Virus record (IMG/VR): IMGVR_UViG_3300030004_000009
Span: 64,001-128,000 of that record
Length of the DNA stretch: 64,000 bases
Strand: one strand, 5' to 3'
From: a virus
Shown: positions 52,140 through 61,398 of the stretch, piece after piece
How the letters are laid out: each line of letters starts with the position of its first letter
Position numbering within the stretch: position 1 is the first letter of the stretch
Program-made: the position numbers and the translations under genes
The notes under the pieces: generated by a model
Databases searched by the model: none
Seen by the model: the letters and a program-made list of their open reading frames with translations, nothing else
What the model was told of the DNA's origin: nothing

Positions 52140-53772
52140 TTAAAGTTTTATTAATGTTTTCATTAATCCTAGCACGTATCTCAGCTAAAGTTGGATCAAC
52201 TAACAGATAACCATCTTCAAATACAGGTATTAATTCACCACCTTCTTCCTCTTCTTGTGTTACCTGATCAGTTAGGTAGAATTTACCTGATGGGTCTTTG
52301 TCAACTCGAAGTAAACCTTTTGCTGATTTCTTAGTTCCATCGTCTGTAATTGGATCTTTAAAGATTTCACGTTGCTCTATTTCATAGATTGGGTGTTCAG
52401 CTAGCATACCTCCTACAAATTGTTCAATAGGAAAACCTATAAGTTCTAACTCTGTCCCATCTTCTCTTACACCAAAGACTTTATCATCATGGTTAGTTAG
52501 AGTTAATGGATAAGCTACTTCACAATAAGTTGATTTAACTGCAATACCCAGGGAGTCTCTCGTCTGATAATTAAAAGTATAACTGCCTATTCCTAGAACA
52601 ATGTTTGTAGATGCAAAACCTTTAGCTTCAAGACGTTGACAGATTTCTTCTGCACGTTTTAAAGTAATAGAGTCTCCATAGATAGCACCAATATGTGGAT
52701 CAAGAACTTTATAACCTTGTTCATTGATAGTTCCACCAAATACATCCCAAAGAAGTTCAATTACACCTTTTCTAATAGGTGAATTATCGTTTACTGGTGA
52801 GTACCATGCATTTACACCATGTATACTTGTATTAGTTCCACATATAATATCAACTGGATCACCACTATCAGGACGAAGAACAGCTTTACCATCACGTGCT
52901 AAAATTTCATCCTTCAAAATAGGTAAGAATTCAGTTAAAACCTTCCATAGATCATAACTATCACTTACCATTGATACTATACCTGTAGGAAATTGTTGTA
53001 ATATCCTTCTAAATGATAGAAGTTCATTCTCTTTTCCATATGAGGTTGCTATAGAATGCTCGCTAGCAGGAACTGATGAGCCAACAAGCTCCTTCTCTAT
53101 GTTTGCATTATAGTATTCTTCGAGCATTAATACTGCTGGTATTGTATCAGTTCCAGTAAAAGATAGAAGATGACCTGCCTGATTTTGTGTCGACTCTGTA
53201 GAACTACGACCTCTTTGACTAAAGTCATGTCCTTGCCACTGTACTCCTTCAACACTACCTGTAGTTTTCAATGCCCACTTACTCAATAAAAGGCGATACT
53301 GATAACTAACTGTTGCAACTGTAGTTAGATCCCAAATTACTGTTGACATTTGAGTCTCAAGGAAGTTAACTAACCAAGCAAAGTCTGGATGTGTATTTGT
53401 AATTGTGTAGAATGGTACTTTAATTGGAACTATCGAACCTTCTGGTAATGCTTTAATTAGAAGTGGAAGATAACCTAACTCATGTAGTTTCTCTATATGG
53501 TCAGTTGTTACATCCACAAAACTAAAATGTTTATGGAAGCGTTTATATTCTTTAACTATATCCTCAATAGGACGATCAAAGAATAATTCATTCCATTGTT
53601 TATGTAAATATTCTTTAAGATAATAGTTTAAACCAAACCATATCGCATAATCTGTTCCTAACCTTGATGAACGAGGTGTCATATTAGAATATAACTTTGT
53701 CATTCCTTTAGGATAGAATAAATGGTGAAATTGCTTATAGGAATCTGACAGTAATACTGGTAATATTTTCAT
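52123..53772 (-). CDS. nadV: nicotinamide phosphoribosyltransferase-like (NadV / Namat)
   Basis: DSYK, HDFSQRG, GTDT, PASEHS, SDSYD, RPDSGDP, IYGDSIT, GIGS and KKS.KG motifs. Confidence 0.9.
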   Translation of the reverse strand: MKILPVLLSDSYKQFHHLFYPKGMTKLYSNMTPRSSRLGTDYAIWFGLNYYLKEYLHKQWNELFFDRPIEDIVKEYKRFHKHFSFVDVTTDHIEKLHELGYLPLLIKALPEGSIVPIKVPFYTITNTHPDFAWLVNFLETQMSTVIWDLTTVATVSYQYRLLLSKWALKTTGSVEGVQWQGHDFSQRGRSSTESTQNQAGHLLSFTGTDTIPAVLMLEEYYNANIEKELVGSSVPASEHSIATSYGKENELLSFRRILQQFPTGIVSMVSDSYDLWKVLTEFLPILKDEILARDGKAVLRPDSGDPVDIICGTNTSIHGVNAWYSPVNDNSPIRKGVIELLWDVFGGTINEQGYKVLDPHIGAIYGDSITLKRAEEICQRLEAKGFASTNIVLGIGSYTFNYQTRDSLGIAVKSTYCEVAYPLTLTNHDDKVFGVREDGTELELIGFPIEQFVGGMLAEHPIYEIEQREIFKDPITDDGTKKSAKGLLRVDKDPSGKFYLTDQVTQEEEEGGELIPVFEDGYLLVDPTLAEIRARINENINKTLNELSN

Positions 53773-53877
53773 TTACATTTATTTAAAATTTATTGTTTAA
53801 ATTCGACTACTATTAACTATCTAAAGACTTTACGGAGATTTTCCTTAGCTAGAGATATGAGATTCCCTTCTATATAA

Positions 53878-54264
53878 TTAAGTTCCACTTTCTTCCTCCT
53901 CATAGATCTCAACATTATCTCTTACCCATTGCGCTATCTGATGAAAGGTAAAACCTTCATCGTCGTTTAAAAATGATAACATGTTTGATAAATCATTATG
54001 GTTGTTGTGTTCCCACATTAGTTCTTTAGGAACTCTATAACCTTTAGTGTTATTACTATTTAAATAATCACCATATAGATTATGGCTATGAATACCGCAA
54101 ACTAAACCAGCTACTCCTATACAACAGTATCCTATACCTACAGGTCCATATAAATTACGTTTTAAAGCTTCTTTTGCTTGTTTGTATTCACCGCTCTCTA
54201 AAGCCTCAAGCCATTTATCAGCAAACCATTTAGGTAATCTATATTGTTTTTCTGTTTCTATCAT
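53878..54264 (-). CDS. hypothetical phage protein
   Basis: W..AL.SG.Y.Q...L...CC.GV...LND..G..F..IA family. Confidence 0.6.
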   Translation of the reverse strand: MIETEKQYRLPKWFADKWLEALESGEYKQAKEALKRNLYGPVGIGYCCIGVAGLVCGIHSHNLYGDYLNSNNTKGYRVPKELMWEHNNHNDLSNMLSFLNDDEGFTFHQIAQWVRDNVEIYEEEESGT

Positions 54265-55160
54265 AATTGTATTACATTAAAGTTTCTTCTATCAGTTTGT
54301 TCTTGATAAGAATTTGTTGTATAAATTTCATTTAAGTAACTACCTTCATCATTCTCTTTAAGTAGTATCTCAACACTCTTACTAAAGATCCCATGAGTTA
54401 CAAATAAAGTAATGTGTTTAACAATACTTGCTCCTTCTATTGGTAACCCTAACCTTGTGTGAATAGTTGGATATTTTAAAGTTCTCAATGTTTTAGCTAA
54501 TTCAGTAAATGTACGACCACCATCACATAAATCATCATAAATAATCACATTCTGTTTTAGTAAATCAGGATTAAGTATATCAATACCTGTTATTTCACCT
54601 GTTAAGACATTACGATGTTTATTTGAATAAACAATGTTAATATCTCGCTTAATAATACTTAAGAAATTCTCAATGCGCTTAACTGCTCCGAAGTCTGGAA
54701 CTACAAAGCAAACTTCACTATCTTTATAATCATTTAATTTTAACATTACTTCACTGTCAAGTGGATGTCTTACTTCACAATTACTAAGTAAAGTAGTTGT
54801 AACATTAGAATGCGGTTCATACACAATCACCTTATTAAACTTTAAAGAGTCAATGTCATTACATACTGTCTTAAGATCAAAGCTATCGTGTTCAAACATA
54901 GAACGATCATAACGTGAAGCTAATAAATAGAAAATATGAAGTTGAATATTTATACTTGGATTTACACTTCGTATTATACTTACTAATTGCTTAAGGATGA
55001 AAATATCATCATAATTCTTAATTCTAGTTTTAATAGTAAGATCCTCACTACTTAAAAGGTAATGAGGTTGATCAAGTTTAATATGCTTATGTCCATCAGG
55101 AAATTTAAGAATTTCATATTTAAGACTAAGCTTTGAACTATCAGTTAGGTCTATTATCAT
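54261..55160 (-). CDS. prs: ribose-phosphate pyrophosphokinase-like (Prs / Adps)
   Basis: FPDG, Y...R.DR, PHS, PD.GA.KR, K.R, DDLCDGGRTF and THGIFS motifs. Confidence 0.9.
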   Translation of the reverse strand: MIIDLTDSSKLSLKYEILKFPDGHKHIKLDQPHYLLSSEDLTIKTRIKNYDDIFILKQLVSIIRSVNPSINIQLHIFYLLASRYDRSMFEHDSFDLKTVCNDIDSLKFNKVIVYEPHSNVTTTLLSNCEVRHPLDSEVMLKLNDYKDSEVCFVVPDFGAVKRIENFLSIIKRDINIVYSNKHRNVLTGEITGIDILNPDLLKQNVIIYDDLCDGGRTFTELAKTLRTLKYPTIHTRLGLPIEGASIVKHITLFVTHGIFSKSVEILLKENDEGSYLNEIYTTNSYQEQTDRRNFNVIQL

Positions 55161-55948
55161 ATTTTAAATGTTGTTTGAAAATCCGCTAAGTCTTGGTAGT
55201 ATCCTGAGACTTGTAATTGGTTATCAATATAAAATTCAATGTTAGTTCCATATTCAGGATCTACATCATAAACTTTAAATTTGATTACTCTTGTTAATTC
55301 ACCTGTTGGAGCACCAGTCATAGGGTTTTGACTATAAACCTTCTCTTCTTTAATAAAGACTCCAGGTTCTTCTTCTTTAAATTTGTGATTAGTAAAGTAT
55401 TTACTATCTGCAAAAGGTGCTATTGGTTTTATCTCTTTTGGTTCTCTTGTTAACTTATCAAAATGATTTAGATAGAGTTGTTTCTCATATGGTGTCATAT
55501 TAGAATATTCTTTACTTGCTCAATTGTTATATCGTCAAATGCAAACTTGAATATAGGTTTTAGAATTTCTAGATTCTTAGGATTATTCAACATATCATAA
55601 TCTATCTTATACCTACCTTCTATTTCCTCGACTTTATCTTCATATTGCTCATGTGATACATAGCCTTCACAAGAATCATTATATGAAGTTAATAATTCTT
55701 CACGTCTCATGAGAGCTCTAATGGTCATTATATAGAGTTCTTCTATTTCCTCTGTCATTCTACCCAATCTTTAAATATGAATTGATTAATAAGGGTGAGC
55801 ACTAACATAATTGGTGCAAACATTACACAAGGTACTATTACTACATCATCATCAAACTGTGGTCTGTCATATGCAATAGAAAGTTTAAAGTTTATCCAAA
55901 AACCAATTATAACCCATAGTATAATACTTAATATGATTTCAAGTAGTG

Positions 55949-56185
55949 TCATTTATTTTTAATTTTATAATGTAACATAAGGACTAACTGTAATACATTA
56001 AATGTATTACTACCTAAAAGCGGCCAATCTCTTGTTTGTATAGCATAAATAGACCACAATATTTTAGCAGTTAATAAAATTGTTAATGTAGTCCAAGTAA
56101 GTGTACATCTTTTAGTCTTAAAAGTATCATACACTTGTGGGAGAAATGCAATTGTAATTAATATTGCGGCTATATATCCTATCAT
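55949..56185 (-). CDS. SemiSWEET/PQ-loop triple-helix membrane protein
   Basis: IG..A..L.T.AFLPQ..., LWSIY, W.L..SN; three hydrophobic helices in 78 aa. Confidence 0.8.
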   Translation of the reverse strand: MIGYIAAILITIAFLPQVYDTFKTKRCTLTWTTLTILLTAKILWSIYAIQTRDWPLLGSNTFNVLQLVLMLHYKIKNK

Positions 56186-56427
56186 AATCTCTGTTTTTTA
56201 ATTTTGTAAAGGGAAAGTATAAACAATTGCATAAAACTAAGCATACTACTTATAAAAAGTGACCAATCACTACAATCCATAGCGTGCATAGTCCATAATA
56301 ACATAGCAGTTAGTAAAATTAATAGTGTAGCCCAACTTAACGCACACTTATGTGTTATAAAAATAGTTATATAAAGTTGAGGTAAATAAGCTATTGTGAC
56401 TAATATTGCTGCAATATAACCTATCAT
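56182..56427 (-). CDS. SemiSWEET/PQ-loop protein, paralog
   Basis: MIGYIAAIL.TIAYLPQ, LS, LW; three TM helices. Confidence 0.75.
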   Translation of the reverse strand: MIGYIAAILVTIAYLPQLYITIFITHKCALSWATLLILLTAMLLWTMHAMDCSDWSLFISSMLSFMQLFILSLYKIKKQRL

Positions 56428-58023
56428 TTAAGTAAAGCTTCAATCTTATCTGCAATAGTTTCATTAATTTTTCTAGCAGCATTCAGTGCTGCTTTCTCTG
56501 CATTAGCAAGATCAATCTTAGCTTGTGCAATTGCAACATTTGCATCATGTTTTAATGCTGTTGCGTCAATTTTAGCATTCAGAGCTTTTAATTTGTCTGC
56601 TGCTTCTGTGAATGTCTTTAAAATTTCAACTTTTTCTTTACTTAGAGCTTCTGCTGACTTGATGAATAAACTCTTAATAAATTCAATTAACTTTTCCATT
56701 TTCTTCATATTTATTTTCTAATAACCATATTAATGATGCTGCTATTAGTTTTATGTGTTTAACATACTTTATCTTTTTCTTATTAAAATATCTAGTTATA
56801 TCTTTAGTAAATTTTGATGTTGATATATACTTACTGTCTTCTAAAGTATAACTCTTTTGAGTTATCTTATAGATAAGTACTTCATATACGAAAGTATTAT
56901 ATAAGAGCAACTTAGAGTCGCCCTTATAAAATACCTTTCTCCCTTTATTAGCTTGCTTTACCATATATAGTCTTACCCAGATGGTAGTACTTAGTAACAT
57001 AATTAAGTACATGATCATCTGTTTTATTCAGATTCAGATTAATAATAGTAGCTAATACTTGAAAAATTTCATGCACTGCCACTGCACTAAATGAATAAGT
57101 AGTTTTAAATACATTGAAGTTTTCTCCTTTTCTTTTATTTTTTAAGTGAACTATTAAATCACCTTTAGGACTAATTGTTGGTGTAGAAACCCATTTACCT
57201 GGATGAGGTTTATTAGTGTGTACTCCACGAATCTTATCATCACCGTAAAGCTGAATACGCTCTTCTTCTGTTTTTTCAAATCGACCGATAGTACGTATAA
57301 CTACAGTTTCTTCTAAACCTGTTTCCTCATTTAGTTGTTTTGCAGTTATCTTTTCAAGTTGATGTTGATACTCAGGTCGAGTCCCTTCAGCAATCTTCTG
57401 TTCTTCTGTTAATCCTTTAATGAAGATACGTTCTTTTTCACCAGTTTTATGATTGGTTATAACACGCATTACATCATTATAAGGTGGTGTGTCTTTATCA
57501 GAGATACAAGGAAAGTATTTTTCCTTGTATCTGTTAGTTTGTTTATTAGAAACTTTATTTTGCATTTTTTGTACTTTAATTAAGTAATTCGAGGAGTTAA
57601 TTTTGAAGCTGATACTTTAATAAACCTATCAGGATTATCGATAATCCTTTTAAGTTGTATATCAAGTATACCTTTGGCAGTATCATCACCAAAGAATCGA
57701 TTAGTTGTAAAAAGAGTTACTAATGCTTTAGTAGGTTTCAATGCTCTACCTTTAGCTCTTATTTTACCCTCTTCAAAATGACCTATATCTATAGGATTAA
57801 GAACACTTAAACCAATACTAAAAGTAGCTTTATACGTATCAACTTCTTCTTCTGTATAGATATGTACTTTCACTCTTTTAAGATTTATAATCTTACTGTC
57901 ATGTACAGTATCTACACCACTTTCTTCAATTAAGACACCGACTAACGTAACATTACGTGTTTGGCCATCTCTTAGAGCAGTAGTTACACCTGTAACTACA
58001 TACTCGCGTATTTTAGGATTCAT
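56424..58023 (-). CDS. hypothetical proteins (56424-56708 coiled-coil, 56683-57018, 56948-57565, 57580-58023)
   Basis: ORF track, co-directional run. Confidence 0.5.
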
Positions 58024-58487
58024 ATTTGATTTTAATTATTTATTTTAAAAGTTTAATTAATGTCACTAATTAAGCAGCATTAGGTGGATGGTCATCAGGA
58101 AGTTCTACAAGAGAACTTATAGAGTTATTAAAAGCTACATAAAGCTTATTGTTAAATTGTTCTCTATAAATTGATACGACAGTTGACCGTTTAAATAGTA
58201 AGCGATAAATTGCTACTAAAATACATATAAGTAACAATACTTGTATGCAATAATATAATGTATCCATTACTGTTATAATAAATTTATAATTCTAAAACTA
58301 GACCTTCCAGTTGTAGTTGAAAATGACAAGTAAATGCCATTTACTTTTCTTTCAACTTTGGGTTGAAAGACTAGGTATAATGCAATAAGTACTATACCTA
58401 TGATAATCCAAAATGACCACATAGTTTTCTTTGTTTTAATTAAGAGTGGCTTTCACCACCCTTAATGTTAATAATTAATACATGCGT

Positions 58488-59018
58488 TTACTCAAATCGA
58501 CGGATAATGTTTGCGATTTCACCATTGGTGTCTGATGACATTTCACCCAGGGCCTGGTATTGCCAGGTACCTTGTTCTTTATAGAACTCACCGAGAAAAA
58601 TACAATTCGCATCATTGAAACCTTCAGTGATATCAAAGTTGGCCAGTGTAGTATGTTCGTCGTCATAAACACCTGTAGTGATATCTTTAATGTCACTAAA
58701 CTTAGTGCCATCTTTGATATTCACAATGTTTAACATACTAGTGCAAGTAACTGGTAATTCATGGAATTTAATGAATATAACATCACCATCCAGAGCCAGG
58801 CCGGGTAGTTCTTGGCGGTTATAGTATAACAACGCGTTATCTGGCCCTAAAACCTTACCACCAGAACCAGCTCGACCACCGGTTAAACATAAAATCGAGA
58901 ATTCAAGGTTCACAGGATTATCTCCTGTATTCCAATCCAGCCCAATGCGTGCATTTTCAAAAGCATCTCCTAGAGAAGTTTTGAGGGTGAGAACATCACC
59001 CTTAATTAAATTTTTCAT
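58488..59018 (-). CDS. terD: TerD/TerZ-family stress protein (divergent)
   Basis: IGLDW, L..S, YN, F..I..., GEFYK..G.W...ALG; visibly more GC-rich than its neighbours. Confidence 0.7.
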   Translation of the reverse strand: MKNLIKGDVLTLKTSLGDAFENARIGLDWNTGDNPVNLEFSILCLTGGRAGSGGKVLGPDNALLYYNRQELPGLALDGDVIFIKFHELPVTCTSMLNIVNIKDGTKFSDIKDITTGVYDDEHTTLANFDITEGFNDANCIFLGEFYKEQGTWQYQALGEMSSDTNGEIANIIRRFE

Positions 59019-59049
59019 TATAATTTATTGTTTTACCACATCTGTGGTG

Positions 59050-59123
59050 TTATGAAGGTGAGATTCGGACTCACGACTTTCTCCATATCAGGGAGATACT
59101 CTAGCCAGCTGAGTTACTTCATA
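59050..59123 (-). tRNA. tRNA-Ile(GAT)
   Basis: Stems TATGAAG/CTTCATA, ACTC/GAGT, TCTCC-CTGATAT-GGAGA and GTGAG-TCCGAAT-CTCAC; no CCA directly after the discriminator. Confidence 0.85.
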
Positions 59124-59127
59124 AAAT

Positions 59128-59305
59128 TTATCTGTCTTTCCAGATTGTCATAAGGTTACTCTTGCTTGGCTTCCCTTCAACTTACCAAGTCCCTAGAGCT
59201 GGGTCTACACCGTGTCAGTCATATTGTGTAGCGTTCTTGTTTCTCTTAACTTCCTAAGCAAATCACACGTGATTACTTACTTGTACAGCTCTTTACGACT
59301 GAAAG
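59128..59305 (-). ncRNA. candidate multi-stem structured RNA between the two tRNAs
   Basis: Nested helices GTCGTAA/TTATGAC, AGAGCTG/CAGCTCT, CTACAC/GTGTAG and CTTGGT/GCCAAG; terminal ATCTG-GAAAGA-CAGAT hairpin. Confidence 0.55.
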
Positions 59306-59311
59306 AATCGG

Positions 59312-59388
59312 TGCTCCCTCCTGAATTTGAATCAGGGACCTCCAAATTATGAGTTTGTTGCTCTAAAACCGGACTGAGCTAAGGGAGC
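59312..59388 (-). tRNA. tRNA with CAT anticodon (probably Ile2, otherwise elongator Met)
   Basis: GCTCCCT/AGGGAGC acceptor, CTCATAA loop, CCTGA-TTCAAAT-TCAGG T arm; C4-G69 and C5-G68; followed by CCG rather than CCA. Confidence 0.85.
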
Positions 59389-59671
59389 TTGAATCTTATA
59401 TCTCTAAATTATCAAGTTATCAAGTTCATCATAAATACAACCAAACTCATCTACTACATATTCCGTAGCTGTAAAGTCATTTATACTATCTTCTATAGTA
59501 GATTCATTAGCTATTTTAGCTACTTCCGAGTATGATAGATTGCCGAAGAATTGCTTTATCAGTTGAAATTCTCTTTTGGTTTTAATAGAGATTACTAAGT
59601 CTATTGGTTTAAAAACGTCTTGTTGTTGGATTACTTTTATGTCCATTATTTAATTTTTAAATTTTAAAATA

Positions 59672-59699
59672 AACCAGAGACTCGTGAAAGTCTCTGGTT
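59672..59699 (-). terminator. stable hairpin / intrinsic terminator
   Basis: 11-bp stem AACCAGAGACT/AGTCTCTGGTT followed by TATTTT on the minus strand. Confidence 0.65.
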
Positions 59700-59877
59700 C
59701 CTTGATTAGGTAATACAATACTTTTCGCGTCGCAATGTAAAAGAGCTAACTGCGAAGGTTTCATATATTTAGGATTACTCCAAAGCTCACATGAAGACCT
59801 ACAAACATAAACTCAAACCATATTATTTATTAGTTTTTACGAAACTACTATATAACGGTTCTCAAACTTCTAAAACG

Positions 59878-60339
59878 TCACGATCTTTCAAACAACTTGT
59901 TAAGGTGTTTTGATTTGGTAATTTTATTTATTATCATACTATAACCACAAGTTTGTGAAAACTTACGATTAAGATATTTTAAATATTCACGTTTTGAATA
60001 TTTATGTTTTTTAAATAACTTTGATTGGAATAAATAATAATCATCAATTGATGATTGCCAACTACTATAAGTAACATAACCTTTAGTTTTGAATAAAGCA
60101 GTTGTCTGTCTATTATACATATAATGCATACCAAACAGATTATGTCTCTTCTGACACAACCTGCTCCTAAAAGAGTTAGTCTCTATTAAAATTTGCGCGT
60201 ACACTATATCCTTATATTTAATATTCGACTTATTAAGATAGTTAACTACATTTACTCGTGTAAGCTTTGTAGTATCAACTGTTGTGCTATCTTGTAAACA
60301 AGATAACTGTAAGAGTGTAATAAATATAAGTTTAAGCAT
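59878..60339 (-). CDS. glucosaminidase/FlgJ-like peptidoglycan hydrolase with signal peptide
   Basis: AQ..IET...HNLFGM...Y.SW..SI.DY; N-terminal hydrophobic segment ending LSC. Confidence 0.75.
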   Translation of the reverse strand: MLKLIFITLLQLSCLQDSTTVDTTKLTRVNVVNYLNKSNIKYKDIVYAQILIETNSFRSRLCQKRHNLFGMHYMYNRQTTALFKTKGYVTYSSWQSSIDDYYLFQSKLFKKHKYSKREYLKYLNRKFSQTCGYSMIINKITKSKHLNKLFERS

Positions 60340-60373
60340 AATCTTTTATTTTAAGTTAATATTAACACTATTG

Positions 60374-60682
60374 TTAATATTTTTCAGCTATTAGAAACCA
60401 ATCATTAGCTCCTCCATCTAAGTCTGAGCCACTAACACGAATATTTACATAACCATCTCTAGTTAATGTAGTGACCTCGTTATTTATAGTTTCAAGACTA
60501 TTATATATACCATGATATATAATTTTGGGTATTGCTGGTCTAGTGATAACTACCTTTTCAACTACTTGCATGTCTGCCTTAGCTGATTCAATTTGACATA
60601 TAGCCAAACCAAATAGAAGGAAACCCATCATAAGGGTACATACTGTATACATGATAGGGTTAAACCATTTGCTTCTTTCCAT
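60374..60682 (-). CDS. membrane-anchored hypothetical protein
   Basis: N-terminal TM segment. Confidence 0.5.
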   Translation of the reverse strand: MERSKWFNPIMYTVCTLMMGFLLFGLAICQIESAKADMQVVEKVVITRPAIPKIIYHGIYNSLETINNEVTTLTRDGYVNIRVSGSDLDGGANDWFLIAEKY

Positions 60683-60876
60683 TACCTTTTATGATATACG
60701 TGATGAACTGTTGTTACACGATGAACTACAACTACATGTTGTATTGTCACATGGTGTACTACTCGATGAGTAGGTACTACAATATAAGGGTGTACACTAT
60801 AAATGTGTGGACGATTAGCTGGTTGAGTACAGCTAAATAAGCCAAGTATGGTTATGAATAAAATTAGTTTTTTCAT
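60682..60876 (-). CDS. small His/Val-rich lipoprotein
   Basis: MKK...LFSC lipobox; HRVVHHV...HRVTTVHHVYH. Confidence 0.6.
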   Translation of the reverse strand: MKKLILFITILGLFSCTQPANRPHIYSVHPYIVVPTHRVVHHVTIQHVVVVHRVTTVHHVYHKR

Positions 60877-60973
60877 ATTTTAATTTGCCATTTGTTTTTA
60901 AATTAACAAGTAAACAGTGCTCAGATGGCTTTAGGCGTACGAACACATAGATTAAAAGACCTTTAATCATAGA

Positions 60974-61306
60974 TTAAAATCCTCGTAATGTAATAAACCA
61001 TTGTCTTAAACCATCATCCCCAATATCACTCGATTTGTACTTTGTGTACTTAACTAAAATAATATTTTTCATTACTACCTTCTGTGAATCAGGCGCTGTA
61101 GTGTATTGCTGATAATCAGCTGCTAAAGAAGAATTAAATCCTTCAATATAACTTGGACTACCTTCAAATACTTTACGTTCAACTGCTGCTTGTTTTGGAG
61201 CCCAAAATGCATAATTTCCTGTAGCAATTCCATTACCTAGAAAGGTAAGAATTCCTACTCCTAGCATAACTAGGATTATGATTCCGAATACTTTTAATGC
61301 GTTCAT
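60974..61306 (-). CDS. membrane-anchored conserved phage protein
   Basis: TM segment plus FWAPK..V.R.VFE.S.SY..G. Confidence 0.6.
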   Translation of the reverse strand: MNALKVFGIIILVMLGVGILTFLGNGIATGNYAFWAPKQAAVERKVFEGSPSYIEGFNSSLAADYQQYTTAPDSQKVVMKNIILVKYTKYKSSDIGDDGLRQWFITLRGF

Positions 61307-61398
61307 TGTTGTGTTGTTTTTAAATTTAATTTATAAATAGAGGAAGGTTACCGTCCTTCTTAGATTCACCTGGTGATAGTGGGCTTCAACTCTATTTA

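Noticed and set aside
53773-53877. NAD-sensing riboswitch upstream of the NAMPT-like gene
   Set aside because: Only weak short helices in AT-rich sequence, with no recognisable consensus; an Rfam scan would be needed.
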